DNA of 34,766 nt from Octopus bimaculoides (Eukaryota), in the NCBI RefSeq assembly GCF_001194135.2, contig NC_068992.1:6187851-6222616 (forward strand). Reading direction: 5' to 3'. Below, piece after piece: positions 23,684 through 34,766 of this stretch (position 1 is its first letter; every line of letters begins with the position of its first letter). The notes beneath the pieces were generated by a model. The model was not told the DNA's origin, did no database searches, and saw only the letters and a program-made list of their open reading frames with translations. The position numbers and the translations under genes were made by a program.

Positions 23684-24215
23684 CTGCAATGAAACATGTA
23701 TTATTATTGCTTTCAGAATTTCTATCCAGGACCGCATTTTTCAAATTGAACTTAACTCCATTCGGTCAGTAAGATGAAATTTAAGGACTATATGTTATTT
23801 ATTCTATCTAATTAAGGTCCTACTGAATGTATTAAACGTCGATCGCAAACCATTATGTAATTAATCGTTTAAATTTATTCATGAGTAATGTAAAACTACT
23901 TCGTGTTGCACATTTGTGTCAGAAAGGGCAATTAGCTTTATTAAGAAACGGAAATTGAGAGGAAATATATTCAATTTTACTCAGGTGCTATGGTTTAATT
24001 AGGAAAGTTGTCTTTCGTAAACCACGTCTCAGCCCGCCAACTTTCAGAGTTACTGATCAATGAACAATAGTGAATGGCGGACCCCACGATTGTTGCCTCG
24101 ACATTTTAAGGAACAAATGATAACCTAGTTCTACGATTTGTCCATGGATTTCGTTCCACTGCAGGGGGAGATAATTTCTGACTGAATTTATTTAGTTAGT
24201 GTGAAAGAACCCTAC

Positions 24216-24216
<1 letters not shown>

Positions 24217-24270
<54 letters not shown>
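24217..24270. repeat. (TG)n microsatellite
   Basis: Directly visible. Confidence 0.95.
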
Positions 24271-24271
<1 letters not shown>

Positions 24272-25478
24272 CCATACATGTCTTTGTATATACCAGTGTA
24301 AATCGGTGTGCCAAGTTGTGTTTATGTTCGAGAAGTAAGGATAGATAATATACGTTCCAGAGTGAGACGAGTATTGCACTTCCGTGAAACGGTCTCCGAC
24401 CCTTTGTCACGATGAACCAGTGCATTCACACTGAAGTGACTGAAAGCAGTAAAACTATAACATGTACATCTGGTATTCTACAAAGAGAATAGATTACTGT
24501 AACTTACTTATGTTAATAACCAAATCATCTTTTCATTTTTGTACTCTTGCTTACTTTTCACTGAAACGGCGAATTCTGTCCTGACTATTATCATAGTAAG
24601 CTTATGAGGTTGATTAATCAGACATTCTAAGTCGTTAAGAGTTGTCACTCATTATGATTCATTGAATCGACACAACTACTCAACTAGTACATCTACGAAT
24701 CTTCAAAGAAGCCACTACGTGGTCACATTGACCCGCTTCAAATAGAAGCTAAATCTATGTCAAAGGACATCCCAAATGACCTTGGAAAAATACACATTGT
24801 ATAATCTGAACTTCGTTTCATTGCAGATTATTAAAAGACAAGTTAGTCGCAGATGAAATGCTTTTCATTCTTGGTCTACTGAATCCAGGCTAAGCTGCTA
24901 ATTATGTTATCGATTCTAGAAAAATATAAAGCAATGCCGAAATTGACACCATTGGAACTCAGAAGACAAACGTATACATGAAAATACCAAAGACATATAG
25001 ACCATATCTTTACGTTTGTGTCAGCCCACAGATCCTGTTGTGGTATTGGTAAATTCCTTTTTATTCCGAAAGAGAAAAAGGTTTAGCAGTAGTAACCGTA
25101 TACTTGAGAAGTAACCATTGATAACTAATGAATGACGTTGGATCGACTTTCGTTTTGTATCGTTAAACCAATCTATAATAGTGACGGCCGTCTTAAATTT
25201 GTTGAAATTTGTCGATTTTCATGAAAATTTGTCTGATTGTTGATTTCCCTTTAACTTTGTCATATATTACATAAATTAATTAGCTATAACTAAACTAATT
25301 TTCACTGCGATAATTAATTATTTTCCGGTCGGTTGCGTTATTGATTTTTTTTTAATATTGTCTGTATTTTTAGTTCAAACGAGTGTTTCTGAAAATTTAT
25401 CTTAAATGGCATGCTCTGGTTGTCGTTATATAGTCCATTGGTATTCCTTATCAAATGGGAGCGTGATCAAAATCTTAC

Positions 25479-25616
25479 CCTCGTTTTAACAACTATTTTG
25501 GGAGTTAATATATGGTATGTGTAGAACTCCTTTATCGATTCCGTGGGATAAGGTCGGACAACAACATCTAGTTGATAGCATCCGTTAACGGCACAGATGA
25601 TAACATGCTTCGTCAT
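25479..25616 (-). CDS. Candidate upstream exon (MTKHVIICAVNGCYQLDVVVRPYPTESIKEFYTYHILTPKIVVKTR)
   Basis: Open frame ending at the strong phase-0 donor AGG|gtaaga. The 5' boundary is uncertain (ATG at 25616 or a weak acceptor at 25567). Confidence 0.2.
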
Positions 25617-25624
25617 TGGCTCGA

Positions 25625-25782
25625 TGTGCATATATACGTGTGTACGAATGGATGCATGGATGTATGCATGGATGTATGCATGGATGAATGTATAGATATA
25701 TGTATATATGTCTGCGTGGTTGCTTATATGTATAAGGAAACACAGTTATATAAATATGTATGTACGTATCTCTCTCTCTCTC

Positions 25783-25862
<80 letters not shown>

Positions 25863-25949
25863 GAAACACACTGTTATATAAATATGTATGTACGTATGTA
25901 TATATATGTGTGTGTGCATGTACATATGGACACACACACACACATACAT

Positions 25950-26002
<53 letters not shown>
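25625..26002. repeat. Compound (ATGG/TGCA), (CT)n, (TA)n, (CA)n microsatellite region
   Basis: Directly visible; ends approximate. Confidence 0.9.
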
Positions 26003-26003
<1 letters not shown>

Positions 26004-27894
26004 TGTACGCTGATAGGTCAAGTTCTGTATTGAATAATCGAGCACTATATGCGAATGTGATTGTCGTCTGTGTAATACAAAGCTTAACCTCCTTAGTATA
26101 TGCGACACTCGGTTCTGGCATGAGATTTTAAGTGTTTTTTTTTTATTTTAGACATGCTTGTAAAAAGAGTTTCACTTAAAATGTGGACTAGTTTTCGCGC
26201 AATTTGATCTACCTGTGGCGTCTGGTCGTGAAGAACCTTGAAATATTTAAGTTCTTGAGATTTGCAGATTTTGTTGCATATATGATATCGATCATAGTGA
26301 ACGGAAAAATATGTTCTATAATCAATCATTAGGAAGAGCCTTATTGTGTGTTCTTCAATGAAATTGAAGGCTAGCCTCAGCCACACAGATCTGCCCACAT
26401 AATGTACATGTAAAAGAAGTTCACCCAGTTCCTATTACCTTACTGGCTGGGTTCTTTTTGTGTTTAACCACGTTTGTTGGAATTGCTCCCTTCATGAATT
26501 ATAAACACTTGCATTTCAGTTGTATATAATAACTAGACTAACATTAACTAAACAGACGACAATGCATAGAGAGCACGCACATCTACAAGAACTCAAAAAC
26601 AATAACGTATTGCTGTGCATCTCTTCAGTCGATGCTTCCAACGATCAATGAATCCAACTAGAGTAGGGTCTCTCATTGCAGTAAGCAACTGAAGAAGTTG
26701 CTGCTGTGTGCAGATGTCTTCCAAACAGATACTTATTCAGTGGATGCAAGAAGACCAACGAGAACACAAACTATAATTTGTCTGCTCATTCTTATTACGT
26801 TTTGGTTGAGAATCAGAGAGAATCACTTTTTTAAACGAAGCGTGTTCATAATGCACATTATTCGCCAGTGTAGGGGACTTCGTTCTGTATCTTGTAAATG
26901 AAAACTACGCAGGACCGATGAATTTCATGAAAACATGGTCTTTTATTTGTAGGATTTAGTATACAAACTGTGTACTGACGACTGCAAATGTCTGCCAAAC
27001 TAGTAATAATTCATGGGGTGTATGTAGAAAAGTAAGAATACAAGGCAATAATGTAGCTATTTGTTCACATGGCCTAATTCGAACGTGAATATTTTATATG
27101 AATCATTTCCTACTTCGAATACATCAGCAAATATCGGAGTCTCGAAGGACACTTACTCCTGTGAATCACGAGTCATTATGAACACACATCGCTTTAAGGG
27201 AGATATTCACCGATAGTGGATAACAAAAGCGATCAGATATTCGTGTTCTACTCTGTCAAATCGTATTAAGAATGAATAGATATTTTATACGTCCATCGTT
27301 ATCCAATTTGCTCTTTTTTCTGAGCCATTAGGATGCTATTTCAAAAGGATACTTTTCACTAGAAACAGCCACTGAGTACACTTTCATTTGTCGGCCTAAT
27401 TTGTTCGCCTCTGTAGATATGTTTATATTTCTGGTGTGATATATATCTTACTCTGAGGTTTTTTGATAATAGTATTTTGTGATTTATTGCGAAAGGAGAT
27501 AACCTATATTTTATGTTGTGCTTTGTTTTTATTTTTTTTTATGTTTATTTATTTCGTATACGCTAATTTTCATGAATACAAACTCCAGTCGATTTTATGC
27601 ATTCTTAGAATTAGAGTAGCTGATCTAAAATCTCATTCTTATTAGTGTTAGGGGCGGATTTTATGCAAGGCTTCAGAACCTTTGTATTTTATATGGAATT
27701 TCTAGAAATTAAACCAAATGACTGCACTTCATTTTATGAGGATTTGTTATATCTGTTTTTTTAAAAGTAAATGTTCCACTACATTCACATATTTTTCCAC
27801 TCACTTTATTCGCGAAGAGGCTCTTTAAATACGGTAAATGGATTCTCCGCCATAGTATTGCCATGCTTTCATCGGCGTGATTCATGTCAAACGT

Positions 27895-27998
27895 TGCATG
27901 TGCATGCATGTATGTATGAATAAATGCATACATACATACGTACATACATATATACATACACACATACTTACGTACACACATATATACATACGTATATA
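27895..27998. repeat. (CATG)/(TACA)n microsatellite
   Basis: Directly visible. Confidence 0.85.
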
Positions 27999-28208
27999 TT
28001 CTTTTATTCTTTTATTTGTTTCAGTCATTTGACTGCGGCCATGCTGGAGCACCGACTTTAGTCGAACAAATAGACCCAGGACTTATTCTTTGTAAGCCTA
28101 GTACTTATTCTATAGGTCGTTTTTGCTGAACTGCTAAGTTACGGAGACGTAAAGACACCAACGTAGGTTTTCAAGCGAGGGTGCGGGTACAGACACAGAC
28201 ACACAAAC
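27999..28208 (-). mobile_element. SINE family B, 3' half, running into (TA)n and gap 28255-28500
   Basis: ttcttttatttgtttcagtcatttgactgcggccatgctggagcaccg...; homologous to 15505-15708 and 9686-9778. Confidence 0.93.
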
Positions 28209-28254
<46 letters not shown>

Positions 28255-28500
28255 NNNNNNNNNNNNNNNNNNNNNNNNNNNNNNNNNNNNNNNNNNNNNN
28301 NNNNNNNNNNNNNNNNNNNNNNNNNNNNNNNNNNNNNNNNNNNNNNNNNNNNNNNNNNNNNNNNNNNNNNNNNNNNNNNNNNNNNNNNNNNNNNNNNNNN
28401 NNNNNNNNNNNNNNNNNNNNNNNNNNNNNNNNNNNNNNNNNNNNNNNNNNNNNNNNNNNNNNNNNNNNNNNNNNNNNNNNNNNNNNNNNNNNNNNNNNNN

Positions 28501-28535
<35 letters not shown>

Positions 28536-28675
28536 TATGTATGTATGCATGAATACATGCGTGTGTATGTATAAGATTGGCATTGGAGAAAGTGAGCGTG
28601 ATAAATAGATAGATTGATAGACAGACAGACAGACAGACGCACAGTTGGAGGGAGAGAGAGATAAACAGATAGAGA
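28501..28675. repeat. (TA)n and (GATA/GACA)n repeats
   Basis: Directly visible. Confidence 0.8.
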
Positions 28676-29579
28676 ATTCAATGCCCTTAGAGCATTAGCA
28701 AACAGTAATTAATATTCTTAATAAAGAAAAGAAAGAAATGGAAAAAAATATCACGAACAAACAAAAAGAGTAAGAATGAAAAATAAATCAAACGATAGAA
28801 ACTGACTAAAGACAAACATTCCAAGAAATGATGTCTTTTTTTTCTTCAGTATATTTCGTTTTTTGTTTGGGTTAACTGTTTTTGTTTCTTTTTTTTCTGT
28901 GTGTTTTTTTTTTGGTTTTGTTTTGTTTTTTGTTTTTAACAATACATATCAGGCCGAGTCGGCCGGCGGCTGATTAATAAGATGTGAAAGAAGCAATATC
29001 ATTGTTATCGGCCTAACCGTTTTATATGCTTCATATTCTTCGTCTCCCTGATCACAAACATGACAACTTTAACCAATTATATCAGGCATTCGTAGAAAAT
29101 GAAGAAGAGGCAGAAGAAAAAGAAGAAAGAGAAAACGAAGCGGAGGAAGTAAAGGAGCAAGAAGAAATAGAAAAGAACACAATAAAAAAGAAATAATCTA
29201 ACCTTTCTTTTCATTACATTATCATTTACATTTTTTTAAAATTTGTTTTGTTGTATTATTTCCTGTTGTTCTTTTATATATTTTTGCACTATTTCTTTCT
29301 TTATGTATTTGATTCATTCTTTTGTTGGTTTAAGTTTTTCTCCGTTTACATATATATATGTATATATAATATATATTATATATGTTCGTGTGTATGCGTG
29401 TATGTATGTTTGTATGTACGCATGTGCGTATGTATGTATTCATTTGTTTGCTTCTCTTCGCTTCAGGGGAGATTATTATAACACGAAATAACATCATTTT
29501 CATTGTTGTCAGTGAATTTGAAGTAACTCACCTGACTAGCTTCGCATTTCTTACAGTCTGCTCTCCGCTTTTCACTTAC

Positions 29580-29760
29580 TCCCTCTCTCCCTCTCCCTCT
29601 CTCTCTCTCTCTCTCGCTTTCTCTCCCTCTCTCTCGCTCTCACTCTCTCTCTCTCTCTGCAAAAAATTCCACATTATTAATAATACCATTTACAACTAGT
29701 ACTCAAAGCACCGCCACTACGACTGCTACTAGTACCACTACTACAACTACTATTGTTACT
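29580..29760. repeat. (CT)n tract followed by an imperfect (ACT)n tract
   Basis: Directly visible. Confidence 0.85.
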
Positions 29761-30149
29761 GCCGTTAATGGCTGCAGTAGTTTTTGTTATTGTAGTCTCT
29801 TTGTTACTGAAGGTCTTCAAAATGACATGCTTAAATAGTTTATCTCAACAACAATTGTTTAGCATCCATTAGAGTGTTAGAAAAGACCTTTCACGGAGGA
29901 AACAAGATTAACAATGATGTGTACAAGACTGCTTCGGGGCAAACGATATCAGCTATTTTTCAATTTGACACGTATTTAGATAGGCTTTGTGCTTTAGCTA
30001 TTCTCAATGAAGACAATTAAGGGAATTATTTATGCGCGTGTAGGTGGTGCGAACAGAAATTATGCGAAGAGTATAAGGGTTAAACGAGCATAATAATAAT
30101 TATGGTAATGCCACGAAAAACAAAAGCAACAGCTACAAAAACAATGTTT

Positions 30150-30434
30150 ACAATGATAATAATAATAATAATAATAACAATAATGATAATAATAATAATA
30201 ATAATAATAACAGTAAAGAAGAAGAANNNNNNNNNNAGAAGAAGAAGAAGAAGAAGAAGAAGAAGAAGAAGAAGAAGAAGAAGAAGAAGAAGACGAAGAA
30301 GAAGAAGAAGAAGAAGAAGAAGGACTTCTTTAATACTAATTCTAACAATAAGAACAGTGATAAAAAAAACAAATATACTAATAACATTTCAACAATAGTT
30401 TTACTAATAATAAAATAATGATGATGATGATGAC

Positions 30435-30470
<36 letters not shown>
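30150..30470. repeat. (AAT)n, (AAG)n with 10-N gap 30227-30236, (GAT)n and (AGT)n microsatellites
   Basis: Directly visible. Confidence 0.95.
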
Positions 30471-30472
<2 letters not shown>

Positions 30473-30600
30473 TATTTTTTTACTATTATCATCAGTTTGT
30501 ACTGGTCCTCAAAGTCCCATACAAGCAATACGAAACACGTCTTCATAAATGGTGTTACAAAGCATTTGCCGATGCCCGTGGGCATATATATATATATATA

Positions 30601-30867
30601 NNNNNNNNNNNNNNNNNNNNNNNNNNNNNNNNNNNNNNNNNNNNNNNNNNNNNNNNNNNNNNNNNNNNNNNNNNNNNNNNNNNNNNNNNNNNNNNNNNNN
30701 NNNNNNNNNNNNNNNNNNNNNNNNNNNNNNNNNNNNNNNNNNNNNNNNNNNNNNNNNNNNNNNNNNNNNNNNNNNNNNNNNNNNNNNNNNNNNNNNNNNN
30801 NNNNNNNNNNNNNNNNNNNNNNNNNNNNNNNNNNNNNNNNNNNNNNNNNNNNNNNNNNNNNNNNNNN
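30601..30867. other. Assembly gap (N)
   Basis: N run after (TA)n. Confidence 1.
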
Positions 30868-30925
30868 TGTAAAAAAACAACTTTCATGGAAATAATAGTT
30901 TACTCAGAGTAATCGCCTGCGGCTT

Positions 30926-31276
30926 CTAATACGTCCTCATCATATCCTTTGCTTCGGACAGGGTCTCCAGGCGGTTCCAGTACCTGGTACATGCATTTCT
31001 GACTTTTTCCCCAGGATGTTCATCGAACACCTCTTTGATCTTGGTTACAAGCTTGGCTTTGGTGTTGCAGGAAGAGCGGTTGGTGTCTTTCGCTACCGTG
31101 ATCCACACACAATGATCCATGGAATTACAATCTGATTAATCCGGAGGCCAGAAAATCGGGAAGTCGTAGAAATCTTCCGACAACGACTTCTAATACTTCT
31201 CGAAGGAATCACATGGAGCAGAATCCTGATGCTACGCATGTAGCCTTCTACTAGAAACCGTCTCCAGCAATGGTTT
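30926..31276 (-). mobile_element. Tc1/mariner transposase C-terminal relic, DD37D (maT-like), with in-frame stops
   Basis: My translation: KPLLETVSSRRLHA*HQDSAPCDSFEKY*KSLSEDFYDFPIFWPPD*SDCNSMDHCVWITVAKDTNRSSCNTKAKLVTKIKEVF...RNACTRYWNRLETL. This matches the family motifs QQDxAPxH and WPPNSPDLNPxDYxVW, and the last catalytic residue is D. Confidence 0.88.
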
Positions 31277-31338
31277 ATCGAGACGGAAGGTTGTGGATTT
31301 TTTCGTATCGATGGACGATAAAGTGAGAAAAGTTCTTT

Positions 31339-31518
31339 CTATATTTCACGGTAGGCGATCAGAGTTGCGGATAAGAATACAAGAGTTAAGAGATGGAGCA
31401 GTTAAGATCCGGGCTACGTATGCNNNNNNNNNNCTATATTTCACGGTAGGCGATCAGAGTTGCGGATAAGAATACAAGAGTTAAGAGATGGAGCAGTTAA
31501 GATCCGGGCTACGTATGC
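31339..31518. other. Exact 85-bp duplication across a 10-N gap (31424-31433): unmerged contig overlap
   Basis: 31339-31423 is identical to 31434-31518. Confidence 0.9.
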
Positions 31519-32621
31519 TTCATAGCAAGTCGCTTCAAATGAGAAATATGAATTGATCACTAATTATCCCGAAACAAAACACAATTTGTTTCACATTTCT
31601 ACTTGTAAAAGTCACAATTTTCCAATGGTATATTCATTTAAAGCTGAAGAATAATTTTCTTTTAAAGTTGGATCCCCTTTCTATTGTTCGCTAACCTTAG
31701 AACTATTAAAACCACATGTGTTGTCAGGTCAGTGGAGACGAAAGAACGAATTCATTAAACTAATGTTTTAATTGTTTGATGTAAAGTATAAAATGTGAGA
31801 TGATCGATGCGGTTAATTTTCCTCTCCAGTTGATTTTCCTCCCCTAGCTTCAAGTGCAACATGACCGAAAAGCTATTACGACGGTAGCAGAACATTGTCA
31901 GAAGAATTACCCATAATATTTAGTTTGGAGGAGCTTGAGAGGTCTGAGTATGAAGAATGGAGATGCGGTAAATTTATTTGGTACTACCCGAGTGAAGAAT
32001 AACGAACTCGCTTTGTCAGAATTCGAAAAATAAACATACTCTGTAGTTTCAACATCACTTTTTATTCGACCTCTAATTTCTGCTGAAGGTAGTCGAATAG
32101 CACGTTATTTCAATTTTCATCCACAGACATTACTCTATCCAAAGAGATAAATCGCATCAAAAACAATCGAAGAAGCAAAATATATAAATGTCAAAAATAT
32201 GTTAAAAGAAAAACAAGCTAAGACTAACCTTGAGCGGATTCATATCAGAAATCTGTATAGAGTTGTAAACATAGATTCGTAATGAAAAATGCGACAAAAG
32301 TAAAGTTATCAATAACAATACAATATCTCTGACAGTTTTCTGAATTGTTCTAAAATATCTATTAACTTTCTTAGTCTAGGGTGGAGAATGACAAGAAAAG
32401 GTATGTTTGTCTTTTATAAATATTTGTAGTGTTATCTGTGCCATTTTTTTGCTTTCATCAATATCTTAAAACTCAATCTTTGATGTTCTTTTTTATTCCG
32501 TGGTTTTCCATTCTTTTATTGTATACTATTTGTCTAAATGTTTTCCTGATATGGTTTCCTGTAAAATTCATATTTCTAGCGATTTTTACCAAACACACAC
32601 AAACTCACACATATACATACA

Positions 32622-32653
<32 letters not shown>

Positions 32654-33029
32654 NNNNNNNNNNNNNNNNNNNNNNNNNNNNNNNNNNNNNNNNNNNNNNN
32701 NNNNNNNNNNNNNNNNNNNNNNNNNNNNNNNNNNNNNNNNNNNNNNNNNNNNNNNNNNNNNNNNNNNNNNNNNNNNNNNNNNNNNNNNNNNNNNNNNNNN
32801 NNNNNNNNNNNNNNNNNNNNNNNNNNNNNNNNNNNNNNNNNNNNNNNNNNNNNNNNNNNNNNNNNNNNNNNNNNNNNNNNNNNNNNNNNNNNNNNNNNNN
32901 NNNNNNNNNNNNNNNNNNNNNNNNNNNNNNNNNNNNNNNNNNNNNNNNNNNNNNNNNNNNNNNNNNNNNNNNNNNNNNNNNNNNNNNNNNNNNNNNNNNN
33001 NNNNNNNNNNNNNNNNNNNNNNNNNNNNN
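32654..33029. other. Assembly gap (N)
   Basis: N run after (TA)n. Confidence 1.
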
Positions 33030-33259
33030 ATTTCTTAACCAAAGTTTCTCAGAGAATATAACAGCTCGTATTAACCAATCATAACCTTATATGTCATGAA
33101 TTGATTAAAAACTATATTCTTTTTATAAAGGTGAGTGGCAGTTATTTGAGAAAAGTAATATAAGTAGATGTGATATTCGAAAACAATTGCAAAAACTTAA
33201 TATATCTCTATTTTACATATTTTAAAAATCATTTTTATCTGCTTTTTATCGAACTCTAT

Positions 33260-33329
33260 ATCATTATCACCGTCATCGTCATCATTATCATCAATATTAT
33301 TACTATTAATAGTAGTAGCGACATCAGTG

Positions 33330-33412
<83 letters not shown>
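33260..33412. repeat. (CAT)-mosaic and (AGT)n microsatellite
   Basis: Directly visible. Confidence 0.95.
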
Positions 33413-33413
<1 letters not shown>

Positions 33414-33778
33414 TTTTTATTATCTACCATTGTCAATGTTTTATTCTGATTAATTGTCTGGTAGAAATTCGTTATAATTTACTAAAATAGTTGCAAAATT
33501 CTCAGGAATGTTTTGTATTGAAATGAAGGAAAAACATCAAAGCAGCTGTCAATAATAAGTGAGCATGAAGTACGAAAGCGGAACGTCTAATAAAAGCAAG
33601 CTTGTGTCACGATCAACATTTCAGAGAACAATGCTCTGCTTTAAATGCACAGCCGTGGTTGGGAATAGTTGTTTGCTTGTGTCAAAATCTGTGCGTAAAA
33701 ATCTACGTCTGGAGGAAGTGGTTACTTTTCCTCAAGCGAATGTGTCGAATGGCTGCAATCTTGAGATACTTCCCACAT

Positions 33779-33844
33779 GGTGATGGTGATGGTGATGGTG
33801 ATGGTGATGGTGATGGTGATGGTGATGGTGATGGTGATGGTGAT
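33779..33844. repeat. (GGTGAT)11 hexanucleotide microsatellite
   Basis: Perfect 66-bp array. Confidence 0.98.
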
Positions 33845-33912
33845 TGTTTCCCACCATAATGATTATATATGCATATTACATATATATGTATGAATGTATA
33901 GGAGAATGGTGT

Positions 33913-34295
33913 CTAACACTGTTTTCCTGGTGTTTAACTGCTACTCTTGGACATGCTTCTGTCCCTGTGTATTGCCTTTCTGGGATATAAGTGAGACACC
34001 GAGCTTCTTGTCTCTTCAACATGTATCGATTTACTGCCATTTCCAATGTTTTATAGAGTATTAATCCTGATCTCCTTTATGTGGATGATTGCGGCTTAGA
34101 TAATCATTCAGCGGAAGATATGCACATTCTCATGGAACATATTCCAGCACCTTCAAAGGTATTTGGAAGCTGGAGAACAGTTGTAATGTCCCATCCTATG
34201 CCAGGAAACCCTTATGGAAATCTATTTATCTTACCTGAAGGAACAGAACTGAAAGTGGTAGACAAGTGTATATAATGGGCTGCACACTCTATCGG
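33913..34295 (+). mobile_element. RTE-clade (BovB-like) LINE reverse-transcriptase fragment, inactivated
   Basis: One frame reads LTLFSWCLTATLGHA...GI*VRHRASCLFNMYRFTAISNVL*SINPDLLYVDDCGLDNHSAEDMHILMEH...KVFG...RTVVMSHPMPGNPY...EGTELKVVDKCI, then GCTL after a frameshift. It is colinear with the RTE motifs PTLF, G.YIRFR...LFNLRR, DLLYADDCAL.AHS.EDMQ.LMD.F, KTVVM.QP.PG.PY and GT.LKVVDKF.YLGSTL. Confidence 0.88.
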
Positions 34296-34766
34296 TATAT
34301 GCGTACATAATCATTATGGTGGGAAACAATCTTGTAGATTCTATACATTTATACTAGATTTCGACATACTTCACAGAACCAGGGAAGAATGACAACGAAA
34401 TAGCATATGAATAAATGAAAAACGAATTCTAAAAACGATTCAACAACAAATAATTCAATTTCTCATAAATAATATTTATGTAACAAATGATAAATTTTAT
34501 GAGGAAGAGCGATTTAATATATCCAAATGAAACAAATGAGCACCAGGTGTGACTAGTAAATGGAATAGACATAGACTACTATGTGATGTATGGTAAGATG
34601 ACAGCTAAATAAATACCAACAATGACAAGTGTTATTCTTTTTCTATTTTCCTCTGGCCTCTACATAAAGACAGCGATGTACTTGAAACTTTGCATTCGTG
34701 ATTTGATATCAAAATCAAAACTGATTTATAACACCGGCTGCGGTTCCCAACCTATTTGATATATAT

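Noticed and set aside
26590-26730. Minus frame ...GFIDRWKHRLKRC..., resembling a Tc1/mariner C-terminus
   Set aside because: No catalytic motif is visible upstream.
31339-31518. Perfect 85-bp direct repeat
   Set aside because: The copies are identical and flank a 10-N placeholder gap, so this is an assembly artefact.
1621-33490. Most ORFs in the supplied track (YIYI, LSLS, HTHT, YLSI, poly-T/S/R/M and X-runs)
   Set aside because: They are translations of microsatellites or N-gaps.
1-34766. CRISPR array, rRNA or prokaryotic operon
   Set aside because: No regularly spaced repeat-spacer array, no rRNA-like sequence and no long ORFs; this is eukaryotic repeat-rich DNA.

Overview
AT-rich eukaryotic genomic DNA from a short-read draft assembly, with ten N-gaps, most flanked by (TA)n. 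The SINE families and microsatellite density are what I recall from Octopus; this is recognition from memory, not a database search. I could not confidently identify any intact host gene, rRNA, tRNA or CRISPR array. Nearly all ORFs in the supplied track are translations of microsatellites or N-gaps. What is supported: (1) two SINE families with three copies or fragments each; (2) a (TAA)n-tailed LINE-like 3' end; (3) a dead RTE-clade LINE reverse-transcriptase fragment (33913-34295) that mimics a host terminal exon; (4) a dead DD37D/maT-like Tc1-mariner fragment (30926-31276); (5) two minimal hammerhead-ribozyme-like motifs of the Penelope type plus one broken relic; (6) a 159-bp tandem duplication; and (7) many simple repeats. 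A few short candidate exons with good splice sites remain unexplained, most notably a phase-compatible minus-strand chain ending in a hydrophobic, GPI-signal-like tail. I did not find a clearly new multi-gene system.
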